Assembly (NCBI GenBank): GCA_963675665.1
Contig: OY776510.1
Coordinates: 32,001-96,000, forward strand
Origin: Spirochaetia bacterium
Lineage (GTDB): Bacteria; Spirochaetota; Spirochaetia; UBA9216
Length of the DNA stretch: 64,000 nucleotides
Direction: 5' to 3'
Below the pieces are notes generated by a model, which did not search any database, was not told the origin of the DNA, and saw only the letters and a list, made by a program, of their open reading frames with translations. This document shows positions 49,433 through 63,131 of the stretch, piece by piece. A program made the position numbers and the translations under genes. Positions within the stretch are counted from its first letter, which is position 1. Each line of letters starts with the position of its first letter.

Positions 49433-49736
49433 TTTTCGTTTCCACCAGGTCCATCGCTGCCATTGCATCTTCTCTGCTGAATCCAGGCTGCAGGATTATT
49501 TTCCAACCACCGTGTTCGAGGATTATATTTTTCTTCACAGCAGGTATTTCAAGCATTGGCAATTTTACGAAACCCGGTTTTTGTGTTCTCTGTTTCTGCC
49601 GTTCTTGTTTGGTCCAGTTATAAAACGTGGTTGGCCGTATATCATTCTCACGGCAGAACTGACCTCCGGACATCCCGGACTCACGCCATTCTGTGAGATA
49701 GTCTGCTCGCTCTTTAGCGGTATATTGCTTGTTCAT
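49422..49736 (-). CDS. tnpA: IS66 accessory protein TnpA
   Basis: WRESGMS...FCRE..I...TFYNW HTH. Confidence 0.85.
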   Translation of the reverse strand: MNKQYTAKERADYLTEWRESGMSGGQFCRENDIRPTTFYNWTKQERQKQRTQKPGFVKLPMLEIPAVKKNIILEHGGWKIILQPGFSREDAMAAMDLVETKSVS

Positions 49737-49892
49737 TATTTCCTCCAGCTTCCCGGAGTTTAATAGATTTCAGAGTTCAACATAAGGTGCGGTTGTTTTG
49801 ACGGTTACGTATATACAGAAAAACCGGCGCAGCTAACAGGGGGGGACTTATCAATATAATTGCCGCGGATAATTCAACCAGTACTATTGAGG

Positions 49893-50030
49893 AGAACTAA
49901 GAGTTCCTTTAGTATTTTTTCTCTTGTTGAAACTGCAAAACAGATTAAGCTTAATCATAAAAATTATTTTATAAAGGTTTTAAATAAACTGCATGGATAT
50001 GCAGCCATATCAGCGGTAAACCGCTTTTAA
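49893..50030 (+). pseudogene. Degenerate remnant of an IS66 tnpC C-terminus
   Basis: Reads SSFSIFSLVETAKQIKLNHKNYFIKVL, similar to SSCGIYSLVETAKQNDLNPYVYLRKVF of element 1. Confidence 0.6.
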
Positions 50031-50156
50031 TCTCTGCCCGTCTTCCAGACTTTCTCATCATAATTAACTATATTTCAAAGTAAGCGGTAATTCTTTCCTT
50101 CTTGCGAAAATCTGAAAATGTACTATCCTCCGGGAAAAGAATCACGGAGGAATGAA

Positions 50157-50453
50157 ATGAAGAAGATAATCAAAAACTGGGAAGAAATATTTGAACAACA
50201 ACAGATGAGCGGAAAATCAATTCCGGAGTTTTGCAAAGAGATTGAAATTCATCCAAATACTTTCTATAAGCACAGAAAACGGTTCGGTATGAACCTGTCA
50301 AAGAGCTCAGAGATAATAGAAATAAAACCCGTTCAATCTGTAGCAGCTGCACCAATTGTATTGAAGTCCAAAAAGTTTTTAATATCAATAACTGCCGGGT
50401 TTGATGAAGCCGAGCTGAAATCAGTTCTGAGAATAATCGGAGAACTTGAATGA
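50157..50453 (+). CDS. tnpA: IS66 accessory protein TnpA
   Basis: W....QQQMSGKSIPEFCKE..I...TFY; GGAGG RBS before ATG 50157. Confidence 0.85.
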   Translation: MKKIIKNWEEIFEQQQMSGKSIPEFCKEIEIHPNTFYKHRKRFGMNLSKSSEIIEIKPVQSVAAAPIVLKSKKFLISITAGFDEAELKSVLRIIGELE

Positions 50454-50794
50454 TTTTCGATTATACAGATTACCGATATTTTATACGGCCCGGCAAAACG
50501 GATTTAAGAAAAGGGGTAAACGGATTGAGCCTTCAGATTCAGAACGTAATGCATAATGACCCGTTTTCGAAAAGTTTGTTTCTGTTCTGTAACGGCCAAC
50601 AAAAACTTTTGAAAATTGTCTACTGGGATCGAAACGGATTCTGCCTATGGCAGAAACGGTTGGAGAAGAACAAGTTTCCCTGGCCTGAAACAGAAGAAGA
50701 GGCCAGAGAAATCAGATTCGAGGAACTTAAGATGCTGCTGGACGGGATAGATTTCTTCAACGCGCATAAAGAATTATCATATTCCCGCGTTTAA
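50450..50794 (+). CDS. tnpB: IS66 accessory protein TnpB
   Basis: TDLRKGVNGL, YWDRNGFCLWQKRLE, FPWP. Confidence 0.93.
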   Translation: MIFDYTDYRYFIRPGKTDLRKGVNGLSLQIQNVMHNDPFSKSLFLFCNGQQKLLKIVYWDRNGFCLWQKRLEKNKFPWPETEEEAREIRFEELKMLLDGIDFFNAHKELSYSRV

Positions 50795-50832
50795 TGCTTC
50801 ACACCGGAATTTAATCATGTTAAAATTTATTT

Positions 50833-52365
50833 ATGAACAGCCAGGCTTTGCTTGAAGAGAATGAGAAATTAAAAATAAAAATTGCCCGATTAGAAGAGCA
50901 GGTCCAGCTTTTGCAATCTCTTCATTTCGGAACAAAATCAGAGAAGCTCACGAATGAAGATAAAAAACAGGCGTCACTTTTCAACGAGGCAGAGGATACG
51001 GCATTTGAGCAGAACGAAGAAATAGAAACTGAGACCCGTGAAGTAAAAGCTCACACGAAAACTGTTCGTAAGGGTGTCGGTAGAAAAGCTCTGTCAGAAG
51101 ATCTTCCCCGAGAAATTATTGAATACGATATTGATGAGGAAGATAAAACATGCGCTTGCGGAACTGAGAAGATTTGTATTGGTGAAGATGTCTCCGAACG
51201 GCTATGCATAGTTCCTGCGAAAGTAGTAGTCAGGCGTGAGATAAAGAAAAAATATGTTTGCAGAAATTGTGAAGGAACCACCGATGAAACTTCGGGGGTG
51301 CAGACTGCTGAAGGGATTAAACATCTGATCGCCGGGAGCATTGCCGATGAAAGCCTTCTCGCGTGGATCATAAATGAGAAGTTTGAATATGCTCTCCCGT
51401 TCTACCGTCAGAGCAAGAGACTGAATACAATTGGTGCAGATATTCCAAGGGCAACACTGAGCACATTGGCAATAAAGTGCGCTGATAAATGCAGACCGAT
51501 TTATGAGTTGCTTAAAGATAATATTAAAAACGGGCCGATAATAAATGCCGATGAAACCCGGGTACAGGTTTTGAAAGAAAAAGGTCGCAAAGCACAGGAT
51601 AAATCCTGGATGTGGGTCTTTCTTGGCGGAAAACCTGATAAAAAATCGGTAGTGTTTCAGTATGAAACAGGCCGTTCTCATGAAATACCGTATGATTTTC
51701 TGCAAGGTTATACCGGTTGGTTGCAGACTGATGATTATGAGGCCTATCACACTGCTTTGAAAAGGCTGCGAAAAGATGGACATGATGGACCTCGTCATGT
51801 TTTATGTTGGGCGCATGCCAGAAGGTATTTTTATAAATACTGGGAGATGTCTAAATCTCCGGAAGTAAAACATATACTTGAATTGATTAAAGACCTGTTC
51901 GAGCTTGAAGCCCTGCGCGAGCAATATTCCAAAAAAGGCTTTCAGAAGCATCGAGCCAACCAGGCCGGATCTATCCTTGATTCTTTATTCAAACAGCTTA
52001 CTAAACATGCAGCAGGGACTCCGCCTACAATGGCTTTCGGGAAGGCGATATCATACACGCTTGATAACTGGGTTCAGTTAAAGTTATACCTGGAAGATCC
52101 GCTGCTTACTCCGTCGAACAACATTGCTGAAAATGCAATCCGGCCGTTTGTAATCGGACGGAAGAACTGGTTGTTTTCCGACACCGAACATGGAGCCGAA
52201 TCTTCGGCGGTACTCTACAGTCTTGTTGAATCTGCTAAATTGCAGAAGCTATCGGTCTATGATTACTTCTACTATGTTTTTCGCAAGTTACCGTACTGTG
52301 AAGAACCCGCAGATTATGAAAAACTGCTACCGTTCAACCTGACCGCTGAACAGATAAAGTCATAG
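50833..52365 (+). CDS. tnpC: IS66 transposase TnpC
   Basis: LPFYRQ, ADET, LQTDDY, CWAHARRYF, SNNIAENAIRP, GRKNWLF. Confidence 0.95.
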   Translation: MNSQALLEENEKLKIKIARLEEQVQLLQSLHFGTKSEKLTNEDKKQASLFNEAEDTAFEQNEEIETETREVKAHTKTVRKGVGRKALSEDLPREIIEYDIDEEDKTCACGTEKICIGEDVSERLCIVPAKVVVRREIKKKYVCRNCEGTTDETSGVQTAEGIKHLIAGSIADESLLAWIINEKFEYALPFYRQSKRLNTIGADIPRATLSTLAIKCADKCRPIYELLKDNIKNGPIINADETRVQVLKEKGRKAQDKSWMWVFLGGKPDKKSVVFQYETGRSHEIPYDFLQGYTGWLQTDDYEAYHTALKRLRKDGHDGPRHVLCWAHARRYFYKYWEMSKSPEVKHILELIKDLFELEALREQYSKKGFQKHRANQAGSILDSLFKQLTKHAAGTPPTMAFGKAISYTLDNWVQLKLYLEDPLLTPSNNIAENAIRPFVIGRKNWLFSDTEHGAESSAVLYSLVESAKLQKLSVYDYFYYVFRKLPYCEEPADYEKLLPFNLTAEQIKS

Positions 52366-52392
52366 GGGAAGAATTACCGCTTACATTTCAAA

Positions 52393-52686
52393 TATTAAAG
52401 TTATCTCTGAAGTTAACCTCCGTTTAACTTCCAAGAGCTTTCTTAGACTATATTTTTATTAATTCAGACTTTGTAAGTCTGAATTAATAAAAAAAGCCTG
52501 GCTGACGATGGAGATAACTGCAAGCCGCTGTTAATCTCTATCTGTCTTCCAAGCTCTCTCACTGCAGAGAACTTTTTTCAAACATAAAAGTTATCTCTGA
52601 AGTAAAACTACGTTTTACTTCAAGCTCTTTCTTAGGTCTAATATTTTATCTTTCCAGGGCCTGCAGCCCTGTAAAGATAAAAAAAA

Positions 52687-52693
<7 letters not shown>
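52393..52693. repeat. Imperfect ~190-bp tandem duplication downstream of the 5S rRNA
   Basis: AAAGTTATCTCTGAAGT at 52397 and 52587; each unit ends in hairpin + A-tract + GCCTGGC (52502 and 52693). Confidence 0.7.
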
Positions 52694-52796
<103 letters not shown>

Positions 52797-52922
52797 TAAT
52801 TATTCATAATTATATCTAACAGGGATAGAAACCGAACTCGACAGGTTGCATTTTCAAGGAGTTTTCTTAAACTCACGCAGCCTATTGGTTCAATTCCTTG
52901 AGAATTGATTAAGGGGAAATAT

Positions 52923-55914
<2,992 letters not shown>

Positions 55915-56094
55915 ATATTACCTCTTAACCCTTCCCTGTACTTTTCATCTCCCTGTTACGGACGAAAAGTAATTAAAATGCCTTACCTAAAAAGCACTTC
56001 TTTTATATAAAAGAACTAATCTCTCAATGGAGATAATTTTGTGAAGTTTTCTATGAAAACTTCGAATTGATTTTCACGAAGTGGAAATCAATAA

Positions 56095-56168
56095 TGGAGG
56101 TATGGGGACTCGAACCCCAGACCTATGGCTTGCAAAGCCACCGCTCTAGCCAACTGAGCTATACCCCC
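56095..56168 (-). tRNA. tRNA-Ala(TGC) in the 16S-23S spacer
   Basis: GGGGGTATAGCTCAGTTGG...TTTGCAA...GGTTCGAGTCCCCATACCTCCA. Confidence 0.96.
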
Positions 56169-56455
56169 GGGAGAAAATCATAGATTTTCTCTAAAGTTTG
56201 GCTTCGCCAAACTTCCACCGAGCAAACCCTGTTGACTTTCTTTTAGAAGCAACTTTACAGTTACCTAAAAGAAACCTGACCCTTAAGGAAAGATTTCTTT
56301 TACATAATAAAAAAGGAAGAAGAGAGAGCGGAGAAACGGCAATCCGTTTCTCTGAAGTTTGACTTCGCCAAACTTCACCATGTTTGTCATACCCATACGG
56401 GCACTTAATCCGGAAATTAGCAGCTGTGCTGACCACTTTCCGTTCCTTTCTCACA

Positions 56456-57994
<1,539 letters not shown>

Positions 57995-58166
57995 ATAGTC
58001 TAGCTAACCCTAAGATTAGCCAGTTTTATCCTAACAATTATTGAATCAGCAAGCTGATTCAATTTGAAGTTTCTTTCGAAACTTCAGACGGGTCATACAG
58101 TATTCTGCATATCTCAGCAGACTCACTGCAATCACCCAAACACAGGCTCTCTCCATCCCTATTTAA

Positions 58167-58178
58167 TTTAAAAGAACA
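58167..58178 (-). promoter_or_regulatory. boxA-like antitermination site in the rRNA leader
   Basis: Minus strand TGTTCTTTTAAA. Confidence 0.5.
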
Positions 58179-58508
58179 TGATTGAAAAATCCTCGCTGCG
58201 CTCGTCTTTTTCAATTCGGAGTTTGAAACTTCGTTTCAAACGTCCAAGGTGTAAATGCTTTGCATTTACTCTGGAGTTTCGCTTCGCGAAACATCCACAG
58301 AACTAATTCCCTTTGAGAATCAGTCCGTTATATCTACAAACCCTTTCGGGCCGGCATTCATTCTTGCTGACTCTTTTTATCGGAGTCAGTTATTAAACCC
58401 TTTAGGGTTTATTTTTCAGTTAACCCCAAGCTATGCAAGGAATTATCAGCCGCTCTGCAGTGCAAAACCTTGACACTGAAGCCGCAGCTTCCATAATCGC
58501 GGAGGTAA

Positions 58509-58760
58509 ATACTATCAATTACCTCAATTTATGTCAATAACCAAAGCTGCATTTCATCCTTTTTCAAAACCCGTTGCAGCCGGCTGCTTAACGAACACAC
58601 AAAAAGGCTATCCTTTTAATGCGGAGGCAAAATACCAATTACCGTTAATATTGTCAAGAAGTGAAACAGCATTTTAGCCAAGCTCTTCCGAGTTGCTGAT
58701 AAGCAGTTCGTCTCGTTGACGTGTGATGATGAATATATAGAAATCGACCATCAGTGTCAA
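58509..58760 (-). promoter_or_regulatory. Three tandem sigma70-type rRNA promoters
   Basis: TTGACA-N17-TATATT (58760-58732), TTGACA-N17-TATTTT (58657-58629), TTGACA-N17-TAGTAT (58537-58509). Confidence 0.75.
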
Positions 58761-58918
58761 CAGAAACCGAAAAAATCTTATGGAAATTCCGGGAATTTCG
58801 AAGTTTTTTTATAGTCTGAATTAATGCTTGAAAACCGGATTGGTTTTTTAAAAAAGATACTAAAGGCTACACTTATTAACACCGATAATGGACGGTTTAA
58901 CTATTCAATCTGCTATAT

Positions 58919-59434
58919 TCAGCTCTTATTCCATTTCAGAAAGATGTCGAAGATAAGGACGCTCCAGGTAAATGAGAAAGCCTTGCTGTCAAAATTATAG
59001 AATGAGCCGACAGTAAAGATCCGGTCACGGTACCCGTTATAGCCGTTGCCTATTGCCAGCGGAGACAATCTGACCCCGATCATCCTGTTATGCTGAACAG
59101 CTCCGGTATTAAATCTGAGTCCGTAAAGGAAATCCAGCTGCGCATACATGTTAAAATACGTCAAACCCCGGGTGCCGAGCAGAGAACCTCCGAGACCTCC
59201 GCCGAAAAACACACTGCTGAACGGATCCGGGGCGGCTTCAGCTACAACAAAAACCTCCGATTCAAGGTATTCATTCCATCCGATATTCAATCCTGTATAA
59301 GGATATAATCCGTCAGAAACAGCTGTGTCGCTTGAGAGAAAAGACCAGGGCCCGAACGACATGGATAAATCAAGACCGAATGCAGCCGACACCGATAAAA
59401 AAAGAATCAGAAAAAATATAATAACCTTCTTCAT
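58919..59434 (-). CDS. Secreted hypothetical protein (beta-strand rich)
   Basis: MKKVIIFFLILFLSVSAAFG signal; amphipathic strands; third gene of the PLD operon. Confidence 0.65.
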   Translation of the reverse strand: MKKVIIFFLILFLSVSAAFGLDLSMSFGPWSFLSSDTAVSDGLYPYTGLNIGWNEYLESEVFVVAEAAPDPFSSVFFGGGLGGSLLGTRGLTYFNMYAQLDFLYGLRFNTGAVQHNRMIGVRLSPLAIGNGYNGYRDRIFTVGSFYNFDSKAFSFTWSVLIFDIFLKWNKS

Positions 59435-59443
59435 ATAACACCT

Positions 59444-59983
59444 TTAAAAAAGAAACAATCTGAAATCAAAAAGCCTGACACCCCAACCGGCATAGTTTAA
59501 GCCGACGTCGGTAATATAGGCCGCTGACATCACACTGAATCTTCCCGAACCCGTTTTCAGTCTGAAAGGAGAGAATACTGCCGACCAGTAAAGCGCTTCC
59601 GTATTCAGACTATCAAAAGGAAGCAGTGCTCGCATACTCAGAAGCGGACACCAACTGTTTTCAAGATCAATTATACCTGAAAAAGGATGTTTCCTTATAT
59701 TGAATAACTCAACGCCAATTTCGGCTGTCAATAATCCGGAGGCAAAATCAAGCGGGACTGCGGGAACTACTGCTCCGACCGACAGCGAGGGTGTTAAAAA
59801 GGGGAAGGTCCAGGGCTCTGCGAAGAGATTAAGCCCGACATACTCGGCATCATCATAAATCTGATCCGATATAAAACCTTCAGAACTTATGGAAAATCCG
59901 GCTATCCATCCGCTTGTTTCAGCAAAACCCGCAACTGTAACTATAAATAAAAGACAAAGTACAAGAAAAACAAGGTTCCTCAT
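59444..59983 (-). CDS. Secreted hypothetical protein (possible outer-membrane beta protein)
   Basis: Signal peptide; ends WGVRLFDFRLFLF with terminal Phe. Confidence 0.65.
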   Translation of the reverse strand: MRNLVFLVLCLLFIVTVAGFAETSGWIAGFSISSEGFISDQIYDDAEYVGLNLFAEPWTFPFLTPSLSVGAVVPAVPLDFASGLLTAEIGVELFNIRKHPFSGIIDLENSWCPLLSMRALLPFDSLNTEALYWSAVFSPFRLKTGSGRFSVMSAAYITDVGLNYAGWGVRLFDFRLFLF

Positions 59984-59984
59984 C

Positions 59985-61256
59985 CTACCCCCAGAACTGC
60001 ATAAGGATGTAATTCATCAGGTATTCAAAACCCTGATATGTTTCAGCTTCTTCATAAGAAATCTCCCTGCAACTTTCCAGAAGTTTCTCAAGATCATTCT
60101 GCACCTTGTCAAGTGTTGCAGGATCGTCAATAACAACGGAAAGTTCGCGTGACGTCGTCTGAGATCTGAAATTGTAGTTTGCCGAACCGATTGAAGCCAG
60201 TTTGCCGTCGGCAAGCATAAGCTTGTAATGGAGCAATGAGCCCGTCGGTGAATCATGAAAATATACCGTTGCGCCTGCTTTGAGAAGCGATTTTACGGAA
60301 TAATGTGATGCCCTGTCAAACCTGGTGCCTATATGATTATCGGATATGATGAAATTCACTTTTACACCCCGATCTACGGCATACTCGATCTTGTCCAGCA
60401 GCGACGGGGTTACATACGTATAGCATTGAACCATCCACAGCTCTTCTTCCGCAAAAGTAAAAAAACCGTCGAACATTTTTGTCACTTTTTCTCCGCCTGA
60501 AGGCCCCTGGTTAAAAACGAGGATATTATATTTATCCGCCTCTGAACGGTTTTGAAAATCTTCCTTGTGTATTTTGTCTATTGCATACCGGTTCCAGCTT
60601 TGAATAAAGGAGTCTGTCATCTCATTCGTAAAACCTGGGGACTCAACCTCTATCATCGCATCGATTAAGCCGCCCTCCTCCGGAAACCGAAGATTGTCAT
60701 AATCAATATTCTGGCCGCCGCATACTACAACTTTTCCGTCAACGATCCAGAATTTCCGGTGGTCCCTGTCAAAAAGTTTCAGCAAAGTCGGAACTCGCCG
60801 TCCCCTTATAGGATTGTATTCCGTATATGGAAGCTCTAATTCTTCAACGTATGGGATTGCGGCCCTGATCGGAACCGGAGTATTCGGATACGCCCTGTAA
60901 TATGAAGCACTGTCGAATAGCAGATAAACCCTTACACCTTCATCCTGCTTGCGTTTAAGTGCGTCAAAGACATCCCGGGCATGCTGATGCTCGGTTGTAA
61001 GAAATGAATGAATCAGAATATAGTCTTCAGCATTCTCGATCAGTTCCAGGCTTCGTTCATACCATTGTTTGCCGTTAAAATACAGATCAGCGGTTTCTCC
61101 GGGATACGAGGGGATGTTCTTTGCGGCAAAAAATGCCGAAGCATCGGGATAATCTTCTTCTATCCGCTCCAGCTTTCCGTAACTTGCACAGCCGGAAACA
61201 ATAAAAATCAGGACAAGAATAAGAATTGTTGAATGAAAAAGATTATTTTGTTTCAT
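59985..61256 (-). CDS. Phospholipase D / cardiolipin-synthase-like lipoprotein
   Basis: Two HKD motifs (DHRKFWIVDG, LHYKLMLADG), GSANYNFRS; lipobox IVSGC. Confidence 0.88.
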   Translation of the reverse strand: MKQNNLFHSTILILVLIFIVSGCASYGKLERIEEDYPDASAFFAAKNIPSYPGETADLYFNGKQWYERSLELIENAEDYILIHSFLTTEHQHARDVFDALKRKQDEGVRVYLLFDSASYYRAYPNTPVPIRAAIPYVEELELPYTEYNPIRGRRVPTLLKLFDRDHRKFWIVDGKVVVCGGQNIDYDNLRFPEEGGLIDAMIEVESPGFTNEMTDSFIQSWNRYAIDKIHKEDFQNRSEADKYNILVFNQGPSGGEKVTKMFDGFFTFAEEELWMVQCYTYVTPSLLDKIEYAVDRGVKVNFIISDNHIGTRFDRASHYSVKSLLKAGATVYFHDSPTGSLLHYKLMLADGKLASIGSANYNFRSQTTSRELSVVIDDPATLDKVQNDLEKLLESCREISYEEAETYQGFEYLMNYILMQFWG

Positions 61257-61378
61257 AATTATTTATCCATAAGCATTCTACCAGCATTCTATTAAAAATG
61301 CGAGAAAAACCGGCCTTAACTTTATACTGTTAATATTCTGAAGAATATAGAAAAAAGGAGTAAAATTCAGGAGTTCTT

Positions 61379-62956
61379 CTATTTAAAAATCCTGGTGCCT
61401 ATAAGATTACTGTAAAATTGATCAGTAAACAGCCTGCTTATGGGCCCTTCAGCCGCATGCGGAATAAAGGTTATTTCAGCTATACATGTATCCTGCCATT
61501 TTGATCCCTGATAAACATCTTTTATTATAAATAGATAGGTTCCGGGGTTAAGATCAACTGCAAAAAAAGCCTGCGGATCACGCTTGTCTTCAAGATCCAG
61601 AACAGCTGAAAAACTTCCGTCTTTATTTCGAATCTCCAGGCTTTTCACCCGGCTGTTCATTGTAAAATAATCTTTAAGACCGTTCTTCGGATCTTCAACC
61701 ACCCTTTCAAATGCGCCGGAATCAAAAACCCAGTCATCAACAGTAAACCTCTTAAACCCGTTGCGTACAATCACTCCTGAAACCGGTTCCATAATTGAAA
61801 CCTCAAGATACTCACCTTCACCGTAACCTTCAGCATTCTCGCACCACGAGGTTTCCGGCATACCGTCGAAAGCTGCGTTCGGGCCGAAAGAAGCCGATTC
61901 TATTACCCCGTTATCGGAAAAGACACTGACATGATCTTCGAGAAATGATGAGGATTTCACTTTCTTTACAAAATCCTGAACGGGCTCTTTGGCATCGGGA
62001 AAAGACAGATTCCTTTCCATCCACCAGCGCTTTTGTTCCGGGAAATAATCATAAAATTCATATTCCTTCATCAACCCTACGGGTCTGCAGGTCAAATTAA
62101 ACATTTCATCGATATCCGGTTCATATCCGGCGGCATAATAAACATCAACTCCGCCCGGCAGCCTTTTGCCGACTCGGCTCATACCCGAAGGCTCGCCTTC
62201 CCAGCATATCGGTTTTACAAAATAGAATTCACCTATCGGACCTTTCCATGTCCGCCCTGTACCGATTAGATAATTCCATTTATATACGTCGGCAGCAGCC
62301 CCCCCGTCGTTTCCACAAAGAAGGTCCTGTGTATACCTTACAGAAACCGAGCTGGTTCCGCCTGCCGGGAAATTCAGCCTATGCTTGAAATGAAATGTCA
62401 GACCGGCATACACTTCATTCACTTCGCGTTCCAGAAGAATATCTTCAACAGCCAGAGAAATCCCGTCCTGTTTTATTGAGAAATCAAGTCCGGTGTTACC
62501 GGGGATATCAGGGCCGAGAAAATTCCTGCTCTGGTTAAACTTATTCAACGGTATTACTTCATAATAAACAAACATGGGTTCATCATCCGTCCATTCCGGA
62601 TGCTTAACGGTCTCAAAAAACCGGAGGCCCGGTATGCCGTCTCCGCCGTATTTCGACATCTGAATTTCTGCATACCCGTCGCTGAGCCATACATCTATAC
62701 GGTTAACTACAGGAAATCCGCAAACCATCTCGATGTCTCTGTCGGTAGTATTCCTGAACAGAAAATGAGCTTCGGTATATTCCCCATTAAATATTAAAAG
62801 CTCTTTTTCCAATACGATATCGGAGCTTTCTTCCTCTGAATAAACGCTCCCGCCTGAAATACTGAAAGAGTTGCTCCAGCTGCCGTCATCTGCCGTCAGT
62901 TCAAACGAGACAAGCAATACCATGATTACAATCAGGATAAATATTCTTTTTAACAT
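61379..62956 (-). CDS. Secreted DUF4424-like protein with C-terminal beta-sandwich (glycan-binding-like) domain
   Basis: Signal peptide; LEKELL, F.F.N, YLIGTGRTWKGPI; C-terminal AFDG.PETSW.E...G.GEY, N.RVK, IKDVY.GSKW.DTCIAEI. Confidence 0.6.
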   Translation of the reverse strand: MLKRIFILIVIMVLLVSFELTADDGSWSNSFSISGGSVYSEEESSDIVLEKELLIFNGEYTEAHFLFRNTTDRDIEMVCGFPVVNRIDVWLSDGYAEIQMSKYGGDGIPGLRFFETVKHPEWTDDEPMFVYYEVIPLNKFNQSRNFLGPDIPGNTGLDFSIKQDGISLAVEDILLEREVNEVYAGLTFHFKHRLNFPAGGTSSVSVRYTQDLLCGNDGGAAADVYKWNYLIGTGRTWKGPIGEFYFVKPICWEGEPSGMSRVGKRLPGGVDVYYAAGYEPDIDEMFNLTCRPVGLMKEYEFYDYFPEQKRWWMERNLSFPDAKEPVQDFVKKVKSSSFLEDHVSVFSDNGVIESASFGPNAAFDGMPETSWCENAEGYGEGEYLEVSIMEPVSGVIVRNGFKRFTVDDWVFDSGAFERVVEDPKNGLKDYFTMNSRVKSLEIRNKDGSFSAVLDLEDKRDPQAFFAVDLNPGTYLFIIKDVYQGSKWQDTCIAEITFIPHAAEGPISRLFTDQFYSNLIGTRIFK

Positions 62957-63131
62957 TTAAGCCTCCGTTACCGTGAAGTTTACCTTGTAAACTTCTTAAC
63001 CATAAACATAGTTTTTGGTTGAATTGAGGATTTATTCATTATAACCCTTTTTTAAGCCCCGGTGGCCGATATTTTTTTCTTATCGTGGGATCTGAAAAGT
63101 GATGGTTCCCCCCCCTGTTGCAATGATGAAA

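Larger units (their letters stand above)
47498..49808 (-). mobile_element. IS66-family element 1
   Basis: 23-bp IRs GTAACCGT(A/C)AAAACAACCGCACC; tnpA-tnpB-tnpC order; flanking 8-mers do not match. Confidence 0.93.
50080..52384 (+). mobile_element. IS66-family element 2, intact
   Basis: IRs GTAAGCGGTAATTCTT / AAGAATTACCGCTTAC; 8-bp TSD ATTTCAAA at 50072-50079 and 52385-52392. Confidence 0.95.

Noticed and set aside
49085-50794. IS66 TnpB as an RNA-guided nuclease
   Set aside because: Name coincidence: these are ~115-aa IS66 accessory proteins, not IS200/IS605 RuvC TnpB
48234-51798. Long ORFs antisense to the IS66 genes
   Set aside because: Shadows of tnpA/B/C
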